From Eledone cirrhosa (lineage: Eukaryota): a DNA stretch of 64,000 nt. The stretch is from NCBI GenBank assembly GCA_964016885.1, contig OZ024741.1, positions 147,684,001 through 147,748,000 on the forward strand, in the 5' to 3' direction. Numbering within the stretch: the first letter of the stretch is position 1; every line of letters begins with the position of its first letter. A model generated the notes under the pieces. It saw only the letters and a list, made by a program, of their open reading frames with translations. It was not told the origin of the DNA and did no database searches. The translations under genes were made by a program, and so were the position numbers. Shown piece by piece: positions 28,168-42,579 of this stretch.

Positions 28168-28753
28168 ATATACATATATATGTATGTTTGTATATATATA
28201 TATGTATATGTGTATTTGTATATATTTGTATATGTATATATGTATATATATATATACATTTATGTGTGTGTGTGTATATATGTATATGTATGTATGGAGA
28301 TGTGTGTATGTATATTCATGCATAATATTGGGTACGTGTATGTGCGTGTGTGTGTGCGCGCATGTATGAGCGTATGAACGCCTGTAAATATGTGTGTTTG
28401 TAATTGATTGTAGGCGCACTTATAGTTATGTGTGAATGTATAAGTTTACGTATATGTGTGAGTTTGTGCTTGTATATGTGTTTGTATATTTACATCAACA
28501 TTTTTTTATTTTTCCCCTTTACTTTATGTCCGTTATTTTATTTCAGCCTCGCTTTCATTTATCCTAAACTCAGTTTTGAAATCCATATCTCATTACAATT
28601 AAACAAATGAAGGCAGAGGTATGTGTCAAGCTTCGTGAAACCTTTTGTAAATTAAATAATTATCTTATGTTGTTTATTCCATAACTAAAAAGCTCTGTAG
28701 CCTACATAGAGCACTCTCTTTTCTTTTATCTTTCCTACGGAAATACTTCAACA

Positions 28754-28840
<87 letters not shown>

Positions 28841-28929
28841 TTTTGCGAGGTTTTTGATATGAAATCGTGTGTCGAAACAAATATTGTTATACTTGGGGAG
28901 GGTCATATTTGTGTAATATTGCCAGAATT

Positions 28930-30010
28930 AATAACAGAACACACTCTCGTTACGTAGACGATATCAATATAGTTATAAGAACATCCCCACTAGAGAGCAC
29001 TAACAAGTTTGATTTAGAACGTAGCACAATGGAAAGCATCCAGCAGATAGCTAATTCCATACACCAGAGTATAACTGTAACTATCGACTACTCTTCCAAA
29101 CACCCTAACAATAGACTACCTGTATTAGACACGGAACTCTGGATTAACACTATAGACGAGAGAGCCCAAATTCTCCACTCACACTGCTAAACCCATGGCC
29201 TCCAAATGCCTGATACTCAAAAACTCAGTAATGACCAGTAGTGCTAAGTTTAATATTCTGATCGCAGATTTGGTACGAGTGATGAAGAATATGTCCCGCA
29301 TGTACGACCCAACAGAAATGGAAAGACACATCCAACACTTCATCAACCGCATGCAGTTCTCTGGCTACAACCAAAGAGACAGAGTCAGAGTATACGAAGG
29401 AGCCATGGAGAAGTATAAGACCCTCATAGAACTGGACATGAAAGGAATTTGCCCATTATACAGGAGCAAATCATGGAATAGCTTAGATAGGGCTAGACAT
29501 AAGATAGGGAAAGCCACCTCATGGTACGACAACCAGAGATACCAGAGAGTCATATGTGTGGACGCCACCCCTGGAGGGAAATTAGCTAACCAGTGTAGAA
29601 AGGCCCTGAGAAAGACCCACTTAAAAATAAAGGTGGTAGAAAAGCCAGGAACCACCATAATATCCCTGATCAGCAAAACCTACCCTTTTAAGAAAACCCA
29701 CTGTACTAATAGGAAATGTATCATATGTAAGGTAAACCCCGGATAAACTCTAAAACTAGAAACGTAGTCTATAGCATAAGATGTACAGAGGGTACTTGCA
29801 GAAACATGACAACAACATACATAGGCGAGACAGCTCGTAGCATAGGTGAAAGAATAGACCAACACTGGCGGGAACTAAAAGGACGAAAAAACGGTTCAGT
29901 ACTATACGAACATGCCAGACAACAACACGACAGTAACATAGACAACATAGAAATTAGAATAATATCTAAACATAGAAATGACCCAGCAGATAGGCAAATC
30001 AGAGAGGCCA
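28930..30010 (+). mobile_element. Penelope-like element, 5'-truncated and decayed
   Basis: RYVDDINIV, LPVLDTELW, RMQFSGY, CTNRKCIIC and YIGETARSIGERIDQH; related to the 11096 fragment. Confidence 0.88.
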
Positions 30011-30130
30011 ATGAACATACACATATATATACATGTGTGAGTATATGTACACTCCTCTTACATGTGCACATACTCATATATAAACACTCATACACCTATA
30101 CTCACATATACACACACACAAACACACACA

Positions 30131-30162
<32 letters not shown>

Positions 30163-30223
30163 CACATACACATACACACATACATATACAAGTATATATA
30201 TATACACATATACACATACATAA

Positions 30224-30254
<31 letters not shown>

Positions 30255-30498
30255 AATATATACACACATAAATATATTTCCATATCATACATAGATATAT
30301 ATTTACTCATGCAATTACGTGTTGTTGTGTATCTTGTTGCCTTTAGTCATTAACGCATAAATCTAAGGAAGCTAAAACAGTAAAAGGCAAAAATAAGCAT
30401 GAATGCATATAATTAGGGGAAAGAGGTACTAATAAATGTTACTCTATACGGAATTATACTGAGTTGCTATTTATAATATTTAATTAGGTTTATAGTAT

Positions 30499-33191
30499 TT
30501 AATTAGGTTGATAGTATTTAAATGTTTTTCGTATACGGTGATTACAAACTATGATCAATTCCTGTCTTTTATTTAATAAATCGTCCTTAGATTTAGTAAT
30601 TTCCAAGATCACTCCTGAACATAATCTCCATTCCCTCCCAAGATATGGAGTTTTTTGTAGAATCGTTTTCCACGATAACTTTAAATCTATTTTTTTCTTT
30701 TTATAATTATTTACCGCTTCAGCTAAAGATGTGGTGTTTGCTAGTTTAGTATTGTTGAAACTACAAGAGTGTGCGTAAAATCTTTTCTTAAATGTGTTTG
30801 ATGTAGATCCTATATGTTTTGTTGGAGTCTGTAGAAGACACACTGCATTTATATATTACATTGTTAATCAAACAGTTTCCATTTAAGGGGCAAATGCTTC
30901 TATTTCTACAATTACAGCCATACGTAAGATGGTTTTGGGGGGGTGCCTATACTATTCTCATTTATCCTTGAGCTATTCCTATTGTAATTAATTGTTTCTA
31001 CTTTTTGGCACAAGGCCAGAAATTACCCAGTGCATTACTGGTACTCCTATTGTAATTAATGATAGCAGGAGAATGAAGGTTGCATTGTGGGTGGTTTGGT
31101 GCTAGAGTTGTATTGTGATTTTGTGTTCTGTTCTTTTAGTGTTTGTGATTTGGGTGGTTGTGTTTTCTAGGTTGAAGGATTGTATTATTTGCCTTTTTAA
31201 AAGGTGCAGTCCTATTTAAATTATGTTGCGGTGGTGTAGTCATATTATTTTTAAGTTTATAAATGTTGTAGTTGCTTATGTTTTACTGGAGATTGCTTGA
31301 TGTAGAGTATGAGAATTTAACAGTATATTTGTTAAATATTTGGTGGTATCTGTGGTTTGGTGGAAAATGTTTATGTAGTATTTCAAAGAATATTTTGGGG
31401 ATTTGTCCAATAGTTTGCAGGTTGAAGGGTGCGTTGTACCATGTTATGTTTCTTTTGCGGGGTTTTAGTTAAATGTTTATTATCACTTATATTATTGTGT
31501 TGTGTTCTAGAAGAATTCCTATGGTTAGTGTCCTTATTTGTGGAATTTGGTAAATTATCGTGGTTGTATTTGGTGTTATGTTTGGGTAGATTATGAGATT
31601 TCGAGTGCTTGGTATTCATATGTGGGTTGATAACATTGGTCATAGATCGTGTAGTAATAGTTGTTGTGGTTTTTCGGTTGTTTGGTGTAATAGGAATAAC
31701 CACTTTAGGTATTTGTTTCAATGGTATTTTTTGGTGTTTGTAGATTTTGTTAGGTTTTATGTTTTGGTGCATAGTAGTGTTGGGGATATATGAGATTTTT
31801 TTCTTTATATCCACTTCTAGTTAAGACCTCGTTGTAGAAGGTTGTATTATTATAAAATATATCTTCATTGGAAGATAATTTAGAAAGTCTAAGAGATATG
31901 TTATATACTAAGTTCTTGTGTATAGAGCCAGGGTGGTTAGATCGTGAATGTACATAATGTAGATTCTGGTTAGGTTTGTGGTAGGGTTGATAAGTATTCG
32001 TAGAGAGGTCTAAGGTAACGTCAAGGAAATTAGCTACTTTTGAAGTGTTTTCAAAAGTGATGCTAAGGCTGTAATAGTCCTTGAGGAATATTCTAATTTG
32101 TTTTTTGTTCTTCTCTATATTGGAATTGCTAAGATTGTTAGATAACAATAGACAATCATCCCGATAAAGACCACCTTTGAGGTGGGGGAAAGAGTCATGA
32201 ATGTTATAGAGGAGAAATAGTCCAACGAGGTCTGTAACTTGAGCAGAGTCCATGGATCCCATCGTAATATCGAATAAGTTGTTATACGTGTTTCTTGTCC
32301 AGTATTCATCTTGGAAGTTAGTAAGGTTTTTCTAGCGTGAGTTATGAAGTTGATTTCCTCAGTAGATAAATCCGATCTATTTCTGGCAAAGATCAGTGCT
32401 TTGTTTAAAAGAACTGGAGAAATAGAAGAATAGTAAGAATCGATGTCGAATTGAATGAATGAAGCTGAGTTTTTATTCTCAATGCTAGTAAACCATTCAA
32501 TAACTTGGGAAGTGTTATCCTATAGTGGATGCGTTACAAATTTTCTAATTTGCGGAATGATACGATCAATAATCTTTTTGCTGATATTATCGATATCAGA
32601 TTTTGATGGGTATATCAATCTAATAGATGGGTTCGAGTTAAAGTCAGATTTATGGTCTTTCAGGTTGAAGTGTGGGCTTTTAGGCGTGAAAGGCTCAGTC
32701 CTCTCTTCAATCTGGAGCTTTTTTACTATATCACATGATATGTTGTTCAAGGATGTTAGTGCGGTGGTATTTGCTTTCTTATAGTTTTTTCTAAGTTCTT
32801 TATTTATGAACTGGTTATATTTATCGATATCCATATGGTACAAGTTACCAGTTTTGTCAGAATGGACATGGATCTTTTTTTGAATTTTTCAGTTGTAGAA
32901 GGGTAGAGTCCAATTCCTTTTGGAATTCTGATTTGTGTTTTCTGAACTTTATGTTTTTAATCATGTTCAGTAGGGCGCTCTCAAAATTTTCCAGTTGAAT
33001 ATTATGAGGAGGATTTGTGTATGTTTTGAATACTTCATTTCATTTGTATTAGTTTTGTTGTCAAAATGGTAGGCCCTCCATCTCATTCTCCTAATAAAGT
33101 GGTTAGTTTTTTGTATGAGTAAGAGTAGATATTCATCTTTAGGTGGAATTGGAATATTCTTCAACGAAGTACCCAAATATTGTTTTTCCAT
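30499..33191 (-). mobile_element. Penelope-like element, near full-length, decayed
   Basis: N-terminus SLKNIPIP..FIRRMRWRAY; LKDHKSDF..RLIYPSKS; MGSMDSAQVTDLVG; GLYRDD; NFLDVTLDL; C-terminal CNC..CPLNGNC..IGST GIY-YIG remnant. Confidence 0.9.
30993..31044 (-). mobile_element. 5'-truncated SINE with 16-bp target-site duplication
   Basis: SINE tail flanked by TCCTATTGTAATTAAT at 30977-30992 and 31045-31060. Confidence 0.85.
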
Positions 33192-33277
33192 TGTGATACA
33201 GGAATTAGATTTTAAAAAAAGAGCTCAACTAAATATTATAATCAATTATGAAAAATATATTGAGGGAGCAAAATGCA

Positions 33278-34425
33278 CAGAGGTATCCACTGTAAGTTTT
33301 GGGGTCTATTCTGCATGAAGAACTCGATGTAATCCATATGTTAAAAATGTTGTAGGTTAAGATAAATCTCGGAAAACAATAAAACATTAAAAGGAAAACA
33401 GTCATGATATAAGTTAAAAAATGAAATAAAAATTCAAGTCACTAGAGATATACTTCACTGCTTTACGATCGTTTCTAGATGATGATAATACATTGTATCT
33501 ATACTCAGTTATTGATCTATGTAAGTTTACAAACTATCAGATAAAGAGAATATTTACTTACATGCATATCACCAGCTGTTTTCAAAAGCAATAATAATTT
33601 TATAGTATTTTATAATAATTTTATAGTATTTTAGAGCGTATAATATGCTATATTATACTAAGTGCAATTTACCACACCGTACTATATTGTGTTGGTTAAG
33701 TTGTATATTATCGCATTACTCTATTTCATTATCTTATTATAATTTTCATCTTTTAATATACTATCTTTCCTAGCCATAACCTTAATTTATATTCACCTTA
33801 AAACTCAATACAACACTAATCACCATTTATTTTGACATTCCTTTTTTAAATCACTATACCAGATACATTCAACTATCAGTTTGATAATCCCCTTCCTCCT
33901 AATAGATTTTTATGCCAATTCTACTATTAACGCCCATCAACCATTCCTTTCAAAGGGTCATGACCTCAACTAAAGTGTATTACTTTTCATCTTAACACCA
34001 TATGAAAAAAACAATTTGATTCGTTAGTTCTTCAACTAACTCCAAATAAGGACATGATACTAACATACTACTAATTCTGAATAAAATTATTATTGAATAA
34101 AATAATTATTGCTTTTGAAAACAGCTGGTGATATGCATGTAAATAAATATTCTTTTTATCTGATAGTTTGTAAACTTACATAGACCAATAACTGAGTATA
34201 GATACAATGTATTATCATCATCTAGAAACGATCGTAAAGCAGTGAAGTATATCTCTAATGACTTGATATTTTATTTCATTGTTTTAACTTATATCATGAC
34301 TCTGTTTTCCTTTTAATGTTTTATTGTTTTCCGAGATTTATCTTAACCTACAACATTTTCAACATATGGATTACATCGAGTTCTTCATGCAGAATAGACC
34401 CCACAACTTACTGTGGATACCTCTG
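33278..34425. repeat. Inverted pseudo-LTR pair upstream of the 30499-33191 Penelope ORF, each arm with a U3-A8 hammerhead
   Basis: Arms 33278-33599 and 34101-34425. Plus hammerhead 34110-34241: TGCTT-TTGAAAA-cAGcTGGTGATA..TATCATCAtCTa-GAAA-CGATCG-TA-AAGCA; minus copy at 33459-33590. Confidence 0.88.
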
Positions 34426-34505
<80 letters not shown>

Positions 34506-34508
<3 letters not shown>

Positions 34509-34790
34509 TCCTCATCATCCTCATCATCATCATCACCATTTTACGTCCATTCTTCCACACTAGCATGGGTTAGATGGGATGTCCTGTTGCGGACAATGCC
34601 AGGTCAGGTGACCCTGCCTTGCTCATACAGAACTGATTCTGGCTTGATTTCTACAGTTGGATCCCCTTCCTAACACCAACCTAATTTACTGTGAGTACCG
34701 GGTGCCTTTTTACTGTGGCGCCTACACAACCACTTTACAGTGTGGACTGGGTGCTTTTTTGTCGTGACACCTACACGACCACTTTACAGA
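34506..34790 (-). mobile_element. RTE-type 3' UTR/tail fragment
   Basis: (CAT)n tail followed by TTTTACGTCC..CTAGCATGGGTTAGA, the reverse complement of 16720-16878. Confidence 0.65.
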
Positions 34791-35689
34791 GAGTATCAAA
34801 AAGGTTATATTTCAATAGACTATTTTATTTTAACAAATGACCATATAATAATGCAGTAACTTCTGTAGCGGAGTTGTTTCATGGCGCGTAACAATAACCC
34901 ATTTATGCATGATTTGGTTACTTTAGACCAATCGTAAGTCACGCATGAATATTAACTATTTCCGCCCAAACAAAGATGTTCACGCTTCCTTTGTTTCACT
35001 TTACTAGTTATTTTGACTTCAGGAAGCTAACATCCATTTTTCCTTGCCGTGTCCACACTAACCAAAATGTAACAGTATATTAGAACTTCGCCCCTGTCAG
35101 TGAGGGACCAACCGCTTTCTTTGCATATAACACTTAATTTTGTTTGTTCACTTTATTTGGCATGCCAGCATAACTTTTGTAATCCTGTTTCGGTTGTAAA
35201 TAAATCATGTAAAATATTATAAAGTCTTATATTTCTGCCATCAATGAATCTTGCCGCAACTCTAAAAATACAATGTCGGATGTGATATGGGAAAATCCTT
35301 TTCCCAAGGTTCTATCATTTTCCACAATAACAAATGAGTATATCACTTGACTTAGCTAACTCATTTGCCATAGTCAGCTCACTTGCTCATAACTGTGTTA
35401 CAGATTCTCTTCTTTCGTGGCGACAACCTTACAACCGAATAACAACTTCTACTTCAACAGCTACTTCTATGTTACATTGATTTCTGGCTAACATTGCCAC
35501 ATATAACAAAACGTTACATTTCTTGCTACTACAACTTAATAACATATTCCATTTATGTTAACACTGCATACAATAATTCCACTAAACTTCTACAATAAAT
35601 GTCTGAATATAAAGTTTTATTCTTTTTTCATAACTTTTAAAAAATATTATAAAGTGGAGGAAAGGAAGCAGGGGAGAGAGAGGGGCGAA

Positions 35690-36210
35690 CACTTACGAAG
35701 ACCAAGACCCCCAAATTGCTTGGGCAACGCACCCTGATCGTGGGACTCCGGAGAGAGTCTAACATTGCCCAGACACTCGAGTCTCTCGAAGATTAGGTCG
35801 TCGAAGCGTTGGAGGCAGGACAGAAATCTGTGAGAGGGGCTGACCCTGAGCAGATACAGAAGCTTAGGAATAGACAGGTAGTTCCTGAGTATGAAGAAAC
35901 CTTAATGGGGTTCCATAACTTCAATATTCTTCAGCAGCTGCTCAAGGTCAACCATATTCGATTGGAAGGTTGACTCGAAGGCCAGGTCTGTGATTGGGGC
36001 TCCTAAAGAGAACCAAGCCGACGGGGGAGGGACCGTGATGGAACGGAAGGACTCTGAGAACAGGTCGATCAGCTGTTGGTGTTGAGAAGCCGTGTGGTTG
36101 AGGATCCAGAGCTCACATTTGGAGCTATTGAGACAATGCTGCGAGTGTGGTGCCTTGCCTCAAAAATCATTAGAGAGGTTGCCCAGTACTCGCGACGTTG
36201 CTGTCGCGAC
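35690..36210 (-). mobile_element. CRE-clade non-LTR retrotransposon fragment
   Basis: Minus strand reads SLGAPI..FILRNYLSIPKLLYLLR..FDDLI..ALPKQFGGLGLR. Confidence 0.7.
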
Positions 36211-36326
36211 GTTCCTTTACATTTTTTTAATATTGTCACATTAAAAGAATATATTTTCATTGTATCATCCTTATAAAGTTATTTACATATTGAGCATTTG
36301 TAAAAATCGGAATAAAATTGGCTGAT

Positions 36327-37447
<1,121 letters not shown>

Positions 37448-37794
37448 ACAAAGATATATATACTGATACAAGGAATATACAAAACAAAAATGAAGTTGTG
37501 AATCAAACTCTTGAAATGGTTGCCTCAACATGGTCGCAGTCTAATTATTGAAACCAATAAAAGGGTAAAAGAAAACAGTAAACCAGGTAGTCTCTTTCCT
37601 GTAAATCGCTATGTACATTTTCACCGAAATAAATCAATCTTTCCTTACCATTCTTGATTTCTTTTTCTCTTGCTTCCATAATTAGACTACACAAACATTA
37701 TTGTCTCCCTTACAATGTAAGGGGAGAATACCAACAAAAATTATCTGAATATTTCAAAAATGTTTGTGTAAACAGATAAAAGATTATGACGCGG

Positions 37795-38325
37795 AGAGTT
37801 ACGGCCCTTGCCATTCTGAGTTCAAATCCCGCCGAGGTTAACTTTGCCTTTCATCCTTACGGGGTCGATAAAATAAAGTATCAGTAATGTACTAGGTAAT
37901 TTCTGGCCTTGTGCCAAAAGTAGAAACAATTATTATAGTATCGGTAGAGTTACGGCCCTTTATGGTCTGAGTTCAAATCCCGCCGAGGTTAACTTTGCCT
38001 TTCATCCTTACGAGGTCGATAAAATAAAGTATCAGTAATACACTAGGTAATTGCTGGCCTTGTGCCAAAAGTAGAAACAATTATTATAGTATCGGTAGAG
38101 TTACGGCCCTTTATGGTCTGAGTTCAAATCCCGCCGAGGTTAACTTTACCTTTCATCCTTACGGGGTCGATAAAATAAAGTACCAGTAATGTATTGAGTA
38201 ATTGCTGGCCTTGTGCCTATATAAGAAACAATTATTATAGTATCGGTATTACTGATAAAATAAAGTACCAGTAATGCACTGAGATAATTGCTGGCCTTGT
38301 GCCAAAAGTAGAAAGAATTATTATA
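37795..38325 (+). repeat. Tandem array of internally deleted SINE units, period 151 bp
   Basis: Unit starts AGTATCGGTA at 37937, 38088 and 38239; the full units carry the B-box, core and ATT tail. Confidence 0.9.
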
Positions 38326-38659
38326 GTTTCTAAATAAACAAAGAAAGAAAGAATAAAGAAATTATTATAAAAATAAAGAAATTATTATTATAGCTTCTAA
38401 ATAAAATCCACCATAATCATCTTTCATCTTTATTCTCTGAGTTATATTAATTAATATAATGATTTTAAAAAATTATGACAACAAATAAAGTTGTGCTGTG
38501 AAATTTCCTACTTTATACTAACAAAAGAGAGTCACGTTCCTAGACAAACAGCAATTAAAATTTTAACAATACTAACATATAAAATTAACAATTTATTAGT
38601 TTGTAAACTAACTTCCTTCAGCCACCACCACCCCCACCACCCTTTTTTTGTTATTCTGA

Positions 38660-38970
38660 CTTTACTTAAACAACTAGCAGCTCTACCTGGATAGACTCTC
38701 TGATCTCCAAGCTATGCACTCTATCGAGCAAAGAATACCGAGCAAAGAATACCGAATTGAAGATAGCGAGTTTGGATTTTACACCTTCCTCCCTTCTTCT
38801 GATTACTAAATGCTGAAGCTGGTGGATTACTGCACCAGCTCCTGCAATTCTTGCACTTAATTTAGCTTCCTGCCTTCCATCACTTGTGAACACAGCCCGA
38901 AGATACTTGAACTTCTCCACTTGCTTCTGTGGAACTCCATTCACGTGTAGATTGCACTGCTTGCACTGAA
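38660..38970 (-). mobile_element. RTE-type RT C-terminal fragment
   Basis: KQVEKFKYLRAVFTSDGRQE..ARIAGA; homologous to 54500-54930. Confidence 0.7.
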
Positions 38971-39676
38971 TTTCTAAATTTGGAGATGATTCTTCCTGTA
39001 TCCAGTTATTTTGGTAAATTCTGCATATCAAACATAGTCTCTAAAAATTAAATACATTCAGTAGTACTATTGCTGTCATTATTGGTGGCATTGTTGGTCT
39101 GGTCACTGGAATAAAATTTAGAGTGCAAAATCAGATCAATTTTGTAGTGAAGGGGAAGTAAATCTGTAAACATATAGAACGCTACCAAGTCCCCACATAG
39201 GCGCTCTACCATATAAATATATCTCGAACAAAATAAATAAATTAATAAAACACGACAATAAAATATCAATGTATTCGCCATAATTACATTCACAACTTTA
39301 TAATAAAACATTGATAATGAAAAGTAACGTAATAAATGTAAGATTAAACCCTAGACTTCATGAAATTCCGGTAAAAGTAATCGTGTTAGCAGACGATAGT
39401 TACATGTGTGTGAAATATATAAATATACCTGTAAACATATGTATATATTTACGTATACATGTATGTACATATAAATTATTTTCTTATTTACAAAAATATA
39501 TTTCTAATATCGTGTTTAATATTTCATATTGTGTCGTCTAGTTTTCCATTTTATCACGACATAACTATCAACTTACTCCCCTTCATTTACTTACAGCTTC
39601 ACGCTCTCTTTCTTTCTTTCCCCTCTCACACAGCCTTGTCTTTCTCTCCCTTTATGCCAGCCTCTCCTGTCACACA

Positions 39677-39680
<4 letters not shown>

Positions 39681-39770
<90 letters not shown>
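39681..39770. repeat. (CT)n microsatellite
   Basis: Seen directly. Confidence 0.95.
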
Positions 39771-39773
<3 letters not shown>

Positions 39774-40600
39774 CTTCCTTTGTCTCTTTCTCTCTGTCAC
39801 TGTTTCCCTCCTATAGTCACTCTCTATCTCTCTTTTTGTTTCCCCCTCTTTCTTACTCTGCACGTTCTACTTCCCTCTCTTTCTCTCTCTCTCTCTCTCA
39901 TTCTCAAATCCTTCTTTCTCTTTTTGCCCCTCTCCTTCTCTGCCTCTGTCTTTATACTTGATCCCTCCTACCACCACACTATCTCCTTTTTCTCTCACCA
40001 ACCAACCAAACATAAACACTCTCACCTCTTCTCTTCTCCGTTCTCTCTCCTGGAATAAAATTGCAGTTGTGCAAAGTCAGATCAGTATTACAGTGAAGGA
40101 GAAGTAAATCTGTAAACATAGAGAACGACACTAAGACCCCATATAGGCGCTCTACTAGGTAACAAAAAAAATCGAACAAAATAAATAAATAAAACATCAA
40201 TGGGTTCGCTATAATTACATTCACAACTTTATAAAACACTGTTTGTGTTGCCTTGGCAGACGATTGTTACTCTGTGTGTGTGCGTGTGTTTGCGCATGTA
40301 TTTGTGAGTGTGCGTAAGAATGCATGCGTGTGTGTACATATATTTATATATATGACGAATTCTCTTTGTGATCGCTCGGTGTTAGAAAGAGTAGCCAAAT
40401 CTTAATTATACCTCATCCTTGGGAAGTCTCGTCTTTCTCAATGAAGATCTTTGAATTTTTCGACAAACGAAATGACTGAGTATTCCATAGACATGAACGC
40501 AGCGCAGTTTTTGAACCGAAGTAGTAGACTGACAGACGACAGACGATAATTGCCTTATACATTTTTTTTTTTCCTTTAAATTGTTATTATTATATACATA

Positions 40601-40705
40601 CGAGGTTAACTTTACCTTTCATCCTTACGGGGGTCGATAAAACAAAATACCAGTAATGCACTGGGATAATTGCTAACCTTGTGCCCAAAGTAGAAACAAT
40701 TATTA
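40601..40705 (+). mobile_element. SINE 3' half
   Basis: Matches the core and tail of the 9072 SINE. Confidence 0.85.
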
Positions 40706-41079
40706 TATACGTACGTATGTGTATACGTCTGTGTGTGCGTTTGTGTGTACGTGCATATGTATATATTTATTCGTGTGAGTATGTAAATATAAAGGCACAA
40801 ACACCGATAAACCCACATAAATACACACGAATACACACACACACAGACATACACTCACACAAATACACACGCACATATACATTCACACAAACATACATTC
40901 ACACAAACGCACATATACACTCACACAGAGTGTGACAAAGTTTGGAACTATGTTCGCTGTTTTTGCTATAGTTTTTTCCCCATCCCCTTCTTTCCTTTTA
41001 ACTCATTCATCTCATAAGTGAATTGACACAGACAAACACCAAACGACGATAATTATATAAGATTAGCTGACGTACGCAG

Positions 41080-42047
41080 CTTCGCCCAGGTAAACAGATG
41101 ATAAGAGAAGACAGGTAGAAGAGAAAATGACTGTATTGGATGTTTGTCTGGTTTACAGTATGAGGTGAGACCGTAGTGTGTGTGTGTGTTACAAAAAAAA
41201 TAAACAGTAAAAAAGTCTTCCAGATACACCAGATTCTTCGTTTTACCGTTCGTACATACTATATGAAGATTTCTAGGTGTTTCCACTCGTGAACAACCTA
41301 CGTATAACATGGGTAAAAAGCGAATCGCTTGTATTCAATTCTACAACTTTGAAACTCTGAGTCTGACCTTTATTTATTGTCATATCAAAACTGGCTCTAA
41401 CAGGGAACTGAAGTCTTGAGAATTTGAATGGCTGTTCGGCAGAGGAAAGGATAAGAGGAATCTTGGGAATAAATGCATTTTCTCCTTGATGATTGCCTCT
41501 AAGAATAGTGACCTATAGGAGATGGTTCATCAACCTCCTGGCTGTAAAGTGTCTACCATTGCATAGAAGTAGCAGGTTCACATTTATCAAAAGGAGGGTG
41601 AAAGTTCCAATATTTTATATTACATTTAGATATAGATATATAGATGATATAGATAATTGTATATAAATGTGTGTGTGTTTGTGTGTGTATGTGTAAACTA
41701 GCGTCCGAATTGTGTGCTTAATTCTCTGTGTATCTGATTAAGTATTTACGTGAAAATGGTTGTGTATGTAGCTTACTAAGGGGTAACGTACATAACGAAC
41801 GCTCAAACACATACACACTCATATACAAAATGTGGTCGTCATCGTGTTATAAAATATCCGTTTACTTATAGTTGTCTATAGTAGTTTATTTTAGATAAAG
41901 TGTTATATTGTTTTAATCCAAATGAAAATAAAACTTATATGTTGTCACTCCCGTGGTCTAAAATTTGATTTGATTTGGTCGAGCCGTTTGGAAATGCATA
42001 AGGAAAATACAGACAGACAGAGAAACAAAGAATTTTATATAGAGAGA
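41080..42047 (-). mobile_element. Helitron deletion derivative (helicase C-terminus; both termini probably present)
   Basis: FIPKIPL..FSRLQFPVRASFDMTINKGQ..LYVGCSRV; degenerate 3' hairpin near 41080-41110; 5'-like TCTCTCTATATAAAATTC..(TGTC)n near 42047. Confidence 0.75.
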
Positions 42048-42579
42048 AATAACCTTTACATTATATTTCTCTACCATCATCTTGCCATACACACAAATAA
42101 TGAGTGTGTGTGTTTGTACTCCGCGTAAATTTATAACAAATTTCTCTTAAAATATACATCTTAAAATATATTTTATAAAATATATGGGATGAGGCAAATT
42201 TGAAGTTTTTGCAATCAAGATTTTAAGAGAATAAATATCAAAGTAAAATAATTTCAACTGGAAATTGAAAGGGAGTATGAGATTTGGTTTGCCTAGAATG
42301 TTTCATCTCTTTGTTGTCTAAATGTGTGCGTTTGTTCAGCCAAATTGCCAAGGTGCCATAGAAAAGCATCGGCTTTGAAAAAATATATATATAATTATTT
42401 GTATTATTCTAAGTCAAAGGTTCTCAACGGGGGGGGGGCGTTTCGGAGCTCTAGGGGGGAGTTTTGGAGTAAAGGGGCATTGGGTGGGGGGGGTTGAAGC
42501 TTTGTGGGGCGCTAGGGGGGCACTGGAAAGCTATTTACTCAGGTAAGTTTTATAAGCCATATTTGTACGTCTCTGTGGG

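Noticed and set aside
34950-35450. Possible decayed coding remnant on the minus strand
   Set aside because: It has stops and no recognisable motif, so it cannot be supported.
37795-38325. CRISPR-like or tRNA gene array
   Set aside because: There are no unique spacers and no cloverleaf; the units are SINE fragments in eukaryotic DNA.
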